Origin: an uncultured Leptospiraceae bacterium | GTDB taxonomy: Bacteria > Spirochaetota > UBA4802 > UB4802 | Length of the DNA stretch: 62,768 bases | Direction of reading: 5' to 3' | NCBI GenBank assembly: GCA_964486725.1 | Contig: CAZAOK010000008.1 | Coordinates: forward strand, 1 to 62,768 | Shown here: positions 1 to 8,501 of the stretch, in pieces | Numbering within the stretch: the stretch's first letter is position 1 | How the letters are laid out: each line of letters starts with the position of its first letter | Translations under genes and position numbers: made by a program | The notes under the pieces: model-generated | What the model saw: only the letters and a program-made list of their open reading frames with translations | Database searches by the model: none | Told to the model about the DNA's origin: nothing

Positions 1-77
1 GGCCGACAGGCCAAAATATACTTGCCCTGGACACAATTATCTGTGAATATCATTCAATCTCACTACGGAGGTACAGA

Positions 78-248
78 ATGAAAAAATACTTCATCCTCCA
101 CCTTACCGACAAGATCTTCAGGTTCATCCCCGAACGCATGAAACCCGAAGACCTTGAACGGCAGCACGGCACCAACGAGCGTATTGATATAGACAACCTG
201 GCCGATTGCGTGCGTTTCTACATGATGCTTGTGCAATCGACCCGGTAG
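78..248 (+). pseudogene. 56-aa ORF resembling the C-terminal fragment of an M20-family peptidase
   Basis: Manually translated: MKKYFILHLTDKIFRFIPERMKPEDLERQHGTNERIDIDNLADCVRFYMMLVQSTR*. SD ggagg lies upstream. The 'RFxP...DL.R.HGxNERI...FY' pattern matches the M20 peptidase C-terminus (from memory). Confidence 0.55.
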
Positions 249-256
249 GAGGAAAT

Positions 257-916
257 ATGTGCGGACGTTTCGCCCAGGCAGACCCCCTTGAGATCATCGC
301 TGAGCAGTTCGGCATCGAGGTTATTGATCTTGACCTCTCACCCCGGTACAACGTGGCACCGGGGCAGCAGGTTGCCGTAATTATAAAGGAAGAAACACGA
401 ATAATGGTGAATCTCAAGTGGGGGCTTGTCCCCTTCTGGGCAAAAGACCCATCCATCGGCAACCGCATGATCAACGCCCGGGCGGAGTCGGTGCTTGAAA
501 AACCCTCCTTTAAGAACGCCATGAAAAAACGCCGGTGCCTCATCCCGGCAAGCGGCTTCTACGAATGGAAGAAGGACGGGAAGGTAAAGGTACCCCACTA
601 CTTCAGGCTGAAAAGCGGCAACCCCTTCGGCCTTGCCGGCCTCTGGGAGACATGGAAAGATCCGGGCGGCAATGAGCTTAAAACCTTCACCATCATCACT
701 ACCGAACCAAACGAACTTGCAGCCCGTGTCCACAACCGCATGCCGGTGATCATTCCAGAAAACGGCTATGCCACCTGGCTTGACATTGCCAATCCGCCGG
801 AAGAGGCGCAGGCACTGCTTGCCCCCTACTCGGCAGACCGGATGGAAGCTTATCCCGTCTCCACCATGGTGAACTCACCCGCCAACGACACCGAAGAGCT
901 GGTTCGGCCGGTATGA
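257..916 (+). CDS. SOS response-associated peptidase (SRAP/YedK/HMCES family), abasic-site crosslinking protein
   Basis: Starts MCGRF (catalytic Cys2) after SD aggagga. Motifs RYNVAP, WGLVPFW, INARAES, RRCLIPASGFYEW and HNRMPVI are present. Confidence 0.96.
   Translation: MCGRFAQADPLEIIAEQFGIEVIDLDLSPRYNVAPGQQVAVIIKEETRIMVNLKWGLVPFWAKDPSIGNRMINARAESVLEKPSFKNAMKKRRCLIPASGFYEWKKDGKVKVPHYFRLKSGNPFGLAGLWETWKDPGGNELKTFTIITTEPNELAARVHNRMPVIIPENGYATWLDIANPPEEAQALLAPYSADRMEAYPVSTMVNSPANDTEELVRPV
880..916 (+). repeat. Direct repeat copy 1: last 11 codons and stop of SRAP (37 bp)
   Basis: cgccaacgacaccgaagagctggttcggccggtatga, 32/37 identical to 1592-1628. Confidence 0.92.
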
Positions 917-926
917 TGATTTTATG

Positions 927-955
927 TTGACAAATATAACAATATTGGTATATTT
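927..955 (+). promoter_or_regulatory. sigma70-type promoter with overlapping palindromic operator for the TA module
   Basis: TTGACA (927-932) N16 TATATT (949-954). The 24-bp near-perfect palindrome aaatataacaatattggtatattt spans 932-955. Confidence 0.75.
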
Positions 956-960
956 TGCTG

Positions 961-1299
961 ATGGGATACGAAGTAAAGATACTTGAGCCTGCAAAGGAGT
1001 TTCTGGATACGCTGGAGACAAAATTACGGGCGAAAGCATTCAGGACAATAGATCTTTTACAGGATTTTGGCCCCTTTTTGAGAGAGCCACACGCGAAGAA
1101 AATCAGGGAAGTGGATCACCTGTATGAATTACGGGTCAAGCAGGGTAATAATATATGCAGGTTCTTCTATTTTCACCATAAGGGAAAGATTTATATTATG
1201 ACTTCAGGATATGTAAAAAAAGACCAAAAATTGAGCAAAAAAGAGATTAGCAGGGCCGAGTCCTTAATGAACGCATTTAAGGAAGAGAACAATGAGTAA
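961..1299 (+). CDS. Type II TA toxin, RelE/ParE superfamily (Gp49/HigB-like)
   Basis: 112 aa with 'LREPHAKKI...LYELRVK....RFFYF...GYVKKDQK'. Overlaps the downstream HTH gene. Confidence 0.9.
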   Translation: MGYEVKILEPAKEFLDTLETKLRAKAFRTIDLLQDFGPFLREPHAKKIREVDHLYELRVKQGNNICRFFYFHHKGKIYIMTSGYVKKDQKLSKKEISRAESLMNAFKEENNE

Positions 1300-1591
1300 A
1301 ATAAAAGAACATAACTATGAAAAATTAAAAAAAGAAGCCCTTAAAGACGGGGAGTTTCGAAAAGAATATGAGAACCTTGAAGAGGAGTTTTCCCTGGCAA
1401 GGGAGATAATACAATTACGAAAAAACAATAACATGACCCAGAAAGAGCTGGCTGAAAAGTCAGGTACCTCGCAACCTGCTATTGCCCGCCTTGAATCAGG
1501 TAATTATAAAAATGTATCACTGTCTTTCCTGAGACGGGTTGCATCCGCCCTCGATGCTGTTCCAGAGATACATTTTAAAAAAAGGGCCTGA
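1292..1591 (+). CDS. XRE/HTH antitoxin (HigA-like)
   Basis: 'MTQKELAEKSGTSQPAIARLESG' Cro/C1 HTH; follows the toxin gene. Confidence 0.9.
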   Translation: MSKIKEHNYEKLKKEALKDGEFRKEYENLEEEFSLAREIIQLRKNNNMTQKELAEKSGTSQPAIARLESGNYKNVSLSFLRRVASALDAVPEIHFKKRA

Positions 1592-1628
1592 CGCCAATGA
1601 CACCGAAGAGCTGGTCAGGCCTGTGTGA
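1592..1628 (+). repeat. Direct repeat copy 2: orphan SRAP 3' end
   Basis: cgccaatgacaccgaagagctggtcaggcctgtgtga encodes the same ANDTEELVRPV*. Confidence 0.92.
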
Positions 1629-1700
1629 GGCTTTTTACCAATATGTACCACTGGCTTGAATCCCCCTAAAGGGACTTCACGGCTACTATAAAGTATAATT

Positions 1701-1730
1701 ATCTGTGTACATCTGTGTCTATCTGTGGCT
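1701..1730. repeat. Three tandem 10-mers atctgtg-NNN
   Basis: atctgtgtac atctgtgtct atctgtggct. Confidence 0.7.
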
Positions 1731-1774
1731 ATTTTTTAGAGTCTTTTGAAATTTAAAAAAATACTAAACAAATG

Positions 1775-1802
1775 TTGACATGTTAACCCCTTCCGGTATA
1801 TT
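1775..1802 (+). promoter_or_regulatory. Putative umuDC promoter
   Basis: TTGACA (1775-1780) N16 TATATT (1797-1802). Confidence 0.55.
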
Positions 1803-1843
1803 AATACCACCATGGATAAAATCAACCGAAAGGACACGCACGC

Positions 1844-2299
1844 ATGAATATACCTGTCATACCATCAACCGACATAATAGCCATCTACAGCAGGGGACAG
1901 TATACCATCAGCAGGGAGCTGCCCCTTTTCTCGGCGCGGGTGCCGGCGGGCTTTCCCTCCCCCGCCGACGATTACATCGACCGGGCACTCGACCTGAACG
2001 AGCATCTCATACGCCATCCCGCCGCCACCTTTTTCGTGCGGGTATCCGGTGATTCAATGGTGGGGGCGGGCATACACCCCGGCGATATCCTGGTGGTAGA
2101 CCGGGCCGAAGAACCGTCACACGGAAAGATCATCATCGCCGCCCTCAACGGTGAGCTCACGGTAAAGCGTCTTTCCCGTAATCATGACAGGGTCTGCCTT
2201 ACCCCTGAAAACCCGGCATACGCCCCCATTGAGGTGACCCCCGAGATGCAGTTTGAGGTGTGGGGAGTGGTGGTGCACGTCATCCACACGGTAGGGTAG
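1844..2299 (+). CDS. umuD: Translesion DNA polymerase V autoproteolytic subunit UmuD (S24 peptidase)
   Basis: VPAGFPSPA Ala-Gly cleavage site, GDSM catalytic Ser, TVKRL catalytic Lys, VWGVV. Confidence 0.95.
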   Translation: MNIPVIPSTDIIAIYSRGQYTISRELPLFSARVPAGFPSPADDYIDRALDLNEHLIRHPAATFFVRVSGDSMVGAGIHPGDILVVDRAEEPSHGKIIIAALNGELTVKRLSRNHDRVCLTPENPAYAPIEVTPEMQFEVWGVVVHVIHTVG

Positions 2300-2305
2300 G
2301 CGGCC

Positions 2306-3571
2306 ATGGGGGAGGTAGTGGCGCTGGTAGACTGCAATAACTTCTACGTATCCTGCGAGCGGGTGTTCGACCCTTCCCTGTGGGGGGTGCCGGTGGTGGT
2401 ACTCTCCAACAACGACGGCAACATCATCGCCCGTTCCAACGAGGCCAAGGCCCTGGGCATCGACATGGGAGCCCCCTGGTTCAAATGCGCTCCCCTGGTG
2501 GCCCGCCACGGGGTGCGGGTATTCTCGTCCAACTACGCTCTCTACGGCGACATGTCTCACCGGGTGATGGAAACCCTTGCCGGCTGCGTCCCCGCCATGG
2601 AGATCTATTCCATCGACGAGGCATTTCTCTACCTTACCGGCATGGAGCATTTCGGTTTAGAAGAATACGGCAGGTTCATGCGAACAAGGGTAAGGGGGTG
2701 GACGGGGATGCCTGTCTCGGTAGGCATAGGCCCCTCCAAAACCCTGGCAAAGCTTGCCAACCGCGTAGCCAAGAAAGACCCCGAATGCGGCGGGGTGTTT
2801 AACATCACCGGCCATCCCCGCGTGGATGACATTCTTGACGGCATCGCGGTGGAAAACATCTGGGGAGTGGGAAGCCGGTATGCCCGCATGCTGCATCAGC
2901 ACGGGGTGCACAGCGCCCTTGACCTGTCCCGTGCCCCCGATGCCTGGGTGCGCAGTAAGATGACGGTGATGGGGCTTCGCACCGCCTGGGAGCTGCGGGG
3001 ACACCCCTGCCTCGAGATGGAAGAGGCACCGCCGCCAAAAAAGGCCATCGTCAGTTCCCGTTCATTCGGGCGGCCGGTGGAGAGCCTGGATGAACTCATG
3101 GAGGCCGCGGCCGCCTATACCGCCAGGGCGGCGGAGAAGCTGCGGCGGCAGAATTCGCTTGTGTCGGGCCTGACGATATTTCTGGCCACCAACCGCTTCA
3201 AGCCCGAGCCCCAGTACGCAAACGCCGCCACCTTCAGCCTGCCCCAGCCCACCGCCTACACCCCCCACCTCACAGGGCTGGCCCACGCCGGCCTGCGCCG
3301 CATATACCGCACGGGCTACCGGTACAAGAAGGTGGGCATCATGCTTTTTGATATCGTAAAACAGGGGGAGGGCCAGCTTGATCTTTTCGGCGGCGGTGTT
3401 GACCCCCGCAGGCAGGCCCTCATGGAAACGGTTGACCGGTTAAACGGCAGGTTCGGCAAGAGCACCGTCAGCTTCGCCGCCGAGGGAAGGGGCAGCTCAT
3501 GGCACATGCGGCGGGAGCACCTGTCTCCCCGCTACAGTACCAGCTGGCTTGAACTGCCGCTGGTGCGCTAA
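2306..3571 (+). CDS. umuC: Y-family DNA polymerase V subunit UmuC
   Basis: [38 protein letters not shown]-terminal WxMRRExLSPRYST. Confidence 0.96.
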   Translation: MGEVVALVDCNNFYVSCERVFDPSLWGVPVVVLSNNDGNIIARSNEAKALGIDMGAPWFKCAPLVARHGVRVFSSNYALYGDMSHRVMETLAGCVPAMEIYSIDEAFLYLTGMEHFGLEEYGRFMRTRVRGWTGMPVSVGIGPSKTLAKLANRVAKKDPECGGVFNITGHPRVDDILDGIAVENIWGVGSRYARMLHQHGVHSALDLSRAPDAWVRSKMTVMGLRTAWELRGHPCLEMEEAPPPKKAIVSSRSFGRPVESLDELMEAAAAYTARAAEKLRRQNSLVSGLTIFLATNRFKPEPQYANAATFSLPQPTAYTPHLTGLAHAGLRRIYRTGYRYKKVGIMLFDIVKQGEGQLDLFGGGVDPRRQALMETVDRLNGRFGKSTVSFAAEGRGSSWHMRREHLSPRYSTSWLELPLVR

Positions 3572-3600
3572 AAAAAACGGCGGGACAGTGCCCCGCCGTT
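3570..3600. terminator. Hairpin terminator between convergent umuC and acyl-CoA ligase
   Basis: aacggcggg-N7-cccgccgtt preceded by an A-run (U-tract on the minus strand). Confidence 0.75.
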
Positions 3601-3620
3601 GTGGATGGGAGTGGGGTATG

Positions 3621-5345
3621 TCACGACGCGTCCCACCTGCCCTGTTCTCTCAGCTTTTCGGTGATCTCCTTCGCTTTTTCTATGAGTGCCATGGAATCCA
3701 CCTTCCCCGTCTTGTTCATGGGGAACTGCTGGTCAACGGGCCAGAACTCAACGTGAATGGGACGCTTGTAGGAGGCAATCCCCTTGCAGTAGTCCAGTAT
3801 CTCTTCGGCGCTCAGTGTTTCACCGGGTTTTGGCTGCACGTAGGCAAACACCCCGTCCACGAATATGTTATGCGGGGCGCCAACCACCTGTGCCTGGTTT
3901 ACCTTCGGATGCTTCGTGAGAAAGTCGGTCACCTCGTCGGGGAATACCAGGTACCCCTTGGGCTTGATGACGAACTTGCGCCGGCCCGAGAACACCAGGG
4001 CCTTGTAGGTGCCCATGTCCTTCAGGTATCCCATGTCGCCGGTGTAGAGTATCCCCTCTTTGGAAATGGTTTTGGCGGTTGCGTCGGGGTTGTTGTAGTA
4101 GCCCAAAAAGACCACGTCCCCGTCCACGCATATCTCGCCGGCCTCGCCTTCCGGTAGTTCCTTCCCGGCAGTGCCGTCTTCGTTCATCTTTTCACGGATG
4201 GTCACCTTCGCAAGCTCGGGGTAGAACTGTCCAACCTGTCCAGCCATCTCGTCAACAGAGATACCCTTGGGGGTACAGGTGAAATACCCGGAGCACTCGG
4301 TCATGCCCAGGGCGGTACCAAAGGTGGGTGACATCTTCGCCATCTCCTTCAGGAAGGCGGTATCTACCGCGCTGCCGCCATAGAGAGAGTATTTCAGGTT
4401 ACTGAGATCGTAGTCATTGTAATTGGGAAGGGCCCAGATCATCCTGAACATGGTGGGTACGCCGCCGTAGAAGGTGGCCCTGTATTTCTCAACCGCTTCA
4501 AGTGATTTTGCCGGTTCGAACATGCTGAGGGTAATTATGGCCCCGCCGCAGAACCAGGCGGTCATGGGTCCCTGTGCGGTCCCTGCCACGTGGCTTGTGG
4601 GCATGATGTTGAGAAAACGGTAGTCACTGCCATACAGGCCAACTCCACGCGAGAACACGGCGTTATTGGTCATGATGCTCAGGTGCGACATGAGAGCAGG
4701 CTTGGGTTCCCCGGTTGTGCCGGTGGTGAAGATGATAAGTGCCGGGTCGCGTGGTTCCAGTTTTTCATATTCCTTAACGAGCTTTTTGGCAAGCGATGTA
4801 TCTTTTTCAATCTCGGCAAGTCCCCTCTCTCCGAAAAGGTCATTAAAGTTTTCGGCGCCGTCAATTATGGTATCACCCTCGGTACCGGAAGGCCACTGCA
4901 CCACGTGTTTCACGTAGGGACAGCTTTTCTTTACCTCGGTGGCAACCTCTGAAAAATCCCGAATGGGGGTCTTTCCTAGACAAAAAAAGGCCTTCGCCTC
5001 GATCTTGTCAAGGTCCCGTATCACCTCGTGTGCCTGTTCTTTTACGTCAAGTGGTGAAATGATGGCACCAGCCTTCAGGCAGCCGTAAACCAGCATGTAG
5101 AATTCAGGTACACCCAGGAACTGGGTAACCACGATATCTCCCTTCTTGATGCCCATTTTCTTAAGGCGCATGGCATACAGGTCAGTGAGCCTGTCGAATT
5201 CAAGGTAACTGATCACCCGGCCCGTATCCGCAAAGACGATGCAGTCGTTTTCAGGGGTGAGATCCGCCCATTTCATGATATAGTCAGGTAGCAGGGGCAG
5301 TTTCCACCTGTCGTTAAAATTGTTCTTTCTCAGCCTTGTTTCCAT
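3621..5345 (-). CDS. Class I adenylate-forming enzyme (acyl-CoA synthetase / fatty-acid CoA ligase)
   Basis: IIFTTGTTGEPK P-loop, GMTE, YTGDMG, GRRKFVIK, PMNKTGKVD. Confidence 0.92.
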   Translation of the reverse strand: METRLRKNNFNDRWKLPLLPDYIMKWADLTPENDCIVFADTGRVISYLEFDRLTDLYAMRLKKMGIKKGDIVVTQFLGVPEFYMLVYGCLKAGAIISPLDVKEQAHEVIRDLDKIEAKAFFCLGKTPIRDFSEVATEVKKSCPYVKHVVQWPSGTEGDTIIDGAENFNDLFGERGLAEIEKDTSLAKKLVKEYEKLEPRDPALIIFTTGTTGEPKPALMSHLSIMTNNAVFSRGVGLYGSDYRFLNIMPTSHVAGTAQGPMTAWFCGGAIITLSMFEPAKSLEAVEKYRATFYGGVPTMFRMIWALPNYNDYDLSNLKYSLYGGSAVDTAFLKEMAKMSPTFGTALGMTECSGYFTCTPKGISVDEMAGQVGQFYPELAKVTIREKMNEDGTAGKELPEGEAGEICVDGDVVFLGYYNNPDATAKTISKEGILYTGDMGYLKDMGTYKALVFSGRRKFVIKPKGYLVFPDEVTDFLTKHPKVNQAQVVGAPHNIFVDGVFAYVQPKPGETLSAEEILDYCKGIASYKRPIHVEFWPVDQQFPMNKTGKVDSMALIEKAKEITEKLREQGRWDAS

Positions 5346-5494
5346 TGTTCCTCCCTTAAACCCTGCGGTTTTTTTCCAGTTGTAATGAAAAAATAGTAGC
5401 AGGTTAAAGGTAGAAAATCTTTAATATATATATTTCTTGAAATATTAAGAATTTAAAATATATATATTATATATGGTAGTTTATTAATATCTCC

Positions 5495-6622
5495 ATGGTG
5501 AAGGGGATGGGTGATATAATAATCGATTTTTTCATGTTTTACGGGGCGATATTTTCTGTACTATTGGCCCTTGGACAGCTCTTTCAGAAGAACAAGAAGC
5601 TGATAAGCTACATATATGCCTTTTCCTTTCTCTGCCTTGGTATATGGATATTCCAGGTATCGCTGTACAGCACTGAATTTTTCAGGGACTACTACCTGGT
5701 TTCTGTATGTATCATACCGGTTACCTTCCTTACCGCACCGCTGATGAGTTTCAGGTACCGCTGGGTGATAGAAAGCAGTTTTTCAGTGAGCAGAGGCATG
5801 TTCCTCTACAGTATACCGTTTTTTATTTCATGTCTTTTGCTGATGGTGCCGCTTTTCGTAAAGGATATTTCCCTTTCATCAGCATACCTGCAGCATACCG
5901 TCATCTTCAGCAGTTCATTTGTAGAATTGCCCCTGTATTTCAAGCTGGTGCATCTTATGTATCCCCTTCCAAAAATATACCTGGTGATGGCAATGATACC
6001 CACACTGGTGCACATGGCTGTAATATGGAAGAAAAAACGAAAAGAGCACAGTCTTACCGTCTCAAGGATGGGATACGTCTTCTCAACCTGTATCATTATT
6101 TCAACCGCCTTTATGGCGGCGGGAGATCTTTTTTCAACGGAGCTTACCAGGTGGTCAGTGCTGATGGCAAATACCACCCTCACGGGGGTGTTCCTTGCCA
6201 CCCAGCGCCACCCTGATTTTAACCGGCTCTTGAAGGTAGAGACCCGAAAGGCCCGCTATGAGCATTCCAAGATACGGGGGCTTGACCTTGATAAAACGGT
6301 GCAGAGGCTTATGGACATCATGAGCGAAGAAAAGGCCTTTGCCGACGAGGAATTGTCACTGGCCCGGCTTGCGGATGAACTGGATATACGGCCCCAGCAG
6401 CTGTCCCAGCTTTTAAATGAGAAGCTGGACAGGAATTTCTGCGGGTTCGTAAACGAATTCAGGATAGAAGAAGCTAAAAAGATGCTGCTTGAAGAGCCCG
6501 ACCGTTCCATACTGTCGGTAGGCATGGCAGTGGGGTTTAACTCCGCAACATCCTTTAACCTGGCTTTTTCCCGTTACGAGGGATGTTCGCCCGGAACATT
6601 CAGAAAGAATAACCTGAAATGA
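5495..6622 (+). CDS. AraC-family transcriptional regulator with N-terminal multi-TM sensor domain
   Basis: Several hydrophobic helices followed by 'LSQLLNE...FVNEFRIEEAK...SILSVGMAVGFNS...F...PGTFRK'. Confidence 0.9.
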   Translation: MVKGMGDIIIDFFMFYGAIFSVLLALGQLFQKNKKLISYIYAFSFLCLGIWIFQVSLYSTEFFRDYYLVSVCIIPVTFLTAPLMSFRYRWVIESSFSVSRGMFLYSIPFFISCLLLMVPLFVKDISLSSAYLQHTVIFSSSFVELPLYFKLVHLMYPLPKIYLVMAMIPTLVHMAVIWKKKRKEHSLTVSRMGYVFSTCIIISTAFMAAGDLFSTELTRWSVLMANTTLTGVFLATQRHPDFNRLLKVETRKARYEHSKIRGLDLDKTVQRLMDIMSEEKAFADEELSLARLADELDIRPQQLSQLLNEKLDRNFCGFVNEFRIEEAKKMLLEEPDRSILSVGMAVGFNSATSFNLAFSRYEGCSPGTFRKNNLK

Positions 6623-6626
6623 TCTG

Positions 6627-7376
6627 CTAAAACGTAAAGGTCACCCCCGCCACGGCGTAGTGGAACATGCTGAAGGTGTACACCTCGTCGTTGTCGGCGC
6701 CCCCTTCAAGTATGCGGTAACCGGCTTTCGCCTGGATGGCATCGGTGATGTCCCAGGTGAGTGCGAAGAGAATGTCTTCGGCACGGCCCTGCTGTGAGGC
6801 GAGGGCATCCCCGTCCACAAGCAATCCTACGGGTTGGGCGAATTTCCAGTGCACCATGAAACTGAGCAGGGGCACAAATCCCAGGTCTTTCTTTTCCGCT
6901 GACTGTGTGTCACTTTCCACCTTGATGCTTGCGTGCCGCACCTTGCCGGTAAGCCCTATGCCCACCGTCAGCGTTTCGGTATTCATGGACAGGTAACGGT
7001 ATGTAAAACGGTAGGAGTTGAACATGAAGGTGGCGTCCACGTCCTCCCCCGATGTGAAGGTTTTTTCACGAAAGGTAACATCCTTGTCAAGCCTGCCGCT
7101 GTAGGTAACGGTGAGGGGGGCGGCCAGCAGGCCGAAATAGTGTTTGTCGTTGAATGTATATCCCAGGCGTGCCCGGTAATGCCATACCGGATCGCCGTCA
7201 AGATCGTCGGAAAGGGATAGCTTCGTTCCCGAGTCACCGGGGATCCGCACATCGTTGTACCCGGTAAATACCGCACCGGTTTCAGCGTCAAGTTGGAATC
7301 CTGCATACAACGTTGAACTGAGAAATATAAGTGAAAAAATCATGACTGGTAAAACAGCAACAGCGTTCCTTTTCAT
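6627..7376 (-). CDS. Putative outer-membrane beta-barrel protein
   Basis: Signal peptide MKRN...LYA, alternating beta-strand pattern, C-terminal aromatic signature AVAGVTFTF. Confidence 0.7.
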   Translation of the reverse strand: MKRNAVAVLPVMIFSLIFLSSTLYAGFQLDAETGAVFTGYNDVRIPGDSGTKLSLSDDLDGDPVWHYRARLGYTFNDKHYFGLLAAPLTVTYSGRLDKDVTFREKTFTSGEDVDATFMFNSYRFTYRYLSMNTETLTVGIGLTGKVRHASIKVESDTQSAEKKDLGFVPLLSFMVHWKFAQPVGLLVDGDALASQQGRAEDILFALTWDITDAIQAKAGYRILEGGADNDEVYTFSMFHYAVAGVTFTF

Positions 7377-7543
7377 TTTTCCCTCCGGCAACTTATTAAA
7401 AACTGCTTGTCGTAGTAATCTAATTGATACTATTCATCAATGCAATAAATTATTTGTGGATTTATAGTATTTTTGTTCCATATAATACTGCTTTATTATC
7501 TATGAAGGGTATAGAGTCGCTTCTCATTTCCGTTACGTGAAAA

Positions 7544-8443
7544 GTGGTGAGTAGCATCAAAACCCTGGCCGAAAAGATCATGAACCTGGTCTCCCTGCTT
7601 GTTAAAAAACTTACCGCTCTCACCAGGCCAATAATGCCTGACTCGTTTGAGGTAATCGAGAAATTTGAAACACTGCAAAAGCTTTTTCTAATGGGTATTG
7701 GCATAGCCGCCTGCGTGTCCACCCAGTTTGTGCGTCCGGTGGTGGAACTGACCGGAGGTGTTAGCCGGGTTGGACAGGGTGACCTTACGGTTACCCTGAA
7801 AGTGTTCACCCATGACGAGACAGGGTTGCTCACCGGAGAGTTTAACAGGATGATCGTTCACCTGCGGGAAAAACTTCAAATGGAAAAATTCGTGTCAGAA
7901 TCCACCGTCACCATGATACGGGAAAAGACCGTAAATGGTGGCGTTGAACTTGGCGGGGTGTGTAAAACCATGGCCTTTCTCTTTGCCGATGTGCGCGGGT
8001 TTACCGCCATGTCAGAGAACCTTCCCCCTGAAGAGGATGTTGGTATACTCAATGATTACCTTGACCTACAGGCGCGGATAATCCGTAAGCACGGGGGTGA
8101 TATCGACAAGTTCGTGGGTGACGAAGTGATGGCCATGTTTACCGGTGATAAGATGGCTGATAACGCACTTGAAGCAGCAGTTGACATCGTGGAGTCTATC
8201 AAGGCCCTGAACAGATCGCGAGAAGATGAGGGCAGGCAAACCATACAGGTTGGGATCGGTTTGACCATGGGAGAGGTGGTTCATGGCAGTATGGGTTCAC
8301 GTGACCGGATGGATAATACCTCTATCGGTGATACGGTGAACCTTGCGGCAAGGCTTTGTTCTTACGCAGATCCCGGTATGATACTGGCTTCACGTGAGAT
8401 AATGATGAAGGTAAAAATTATTCATGATAAAGTAATTGTATAA
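7544..8443 (+). CDS. HAMP + class III adenylate cyclase, probably truncated or degenerate
   Basis: HAMP (RPVVELTGGVSRVGQGDL...DETGLL). Cyclase motifs FADVRGFT, DKFVGDEVMA and DNTSIGDTVNLAARL. The C-terminus ends early. Confidence 0.8.
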   Translation: MVSSIKTLAEKIMNLVSLLVKKLTALTRPIMPDSFEVIEKFETLQKLFLMGIGIAACVSTQFVRPVVELTGGVSRVGQGDLTVTLKVFTHDETGLLTGEFNRMIVHLREKLQMEKFVSESTVTMIREKTVNGGVELGGVCKTMAFLFADVRGFTAMSENLPPEEDVGILNDYLDLQARIIRKHGGDIDKFVGDEVMAMFTGDKMADNALEAAVDIVESIKALNRSREDEGRQTIQVGIGLTMGEVVHGSMGSRDRMDNTSIGDTVNLAARLCSYADPGMILASREIMMKVKIIHDKVIV

Positions 8444-8501
8444 TACCTGCAGCGTGGTATAATCCTTGTCAGTAATATCAAACATGATACGAGGTAACGT
8501 C

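Noticed and set aside
206-256. TTG-started N-terminal extension of SRAP in the ORF track
   Set aside because: SRAP needs Cys at position 2. The SD precedes ATG 257, and this stretch belongs to the upstream 78-248 ORF.
880-1628. 37-bp direct repeats as a CRISPR array
   Set aside because: Only two copies, 675 bp apart and enclosing two genes. The repeat is SRAP coding sequence and there are no cas genes.
1760-1790. Definite LexA box upstream of umuD
   Set aside because: The match to known SOS boxes is only loose and the host consensus is unknown. It is kept only as a tentative remark.
3549-4157. 202-aa ORF antisense to the acyl-CoA ligase
   Set aside because: It overlaps a well-supported gene on the other strand, crosses a terminator, and has no recognisable domain.
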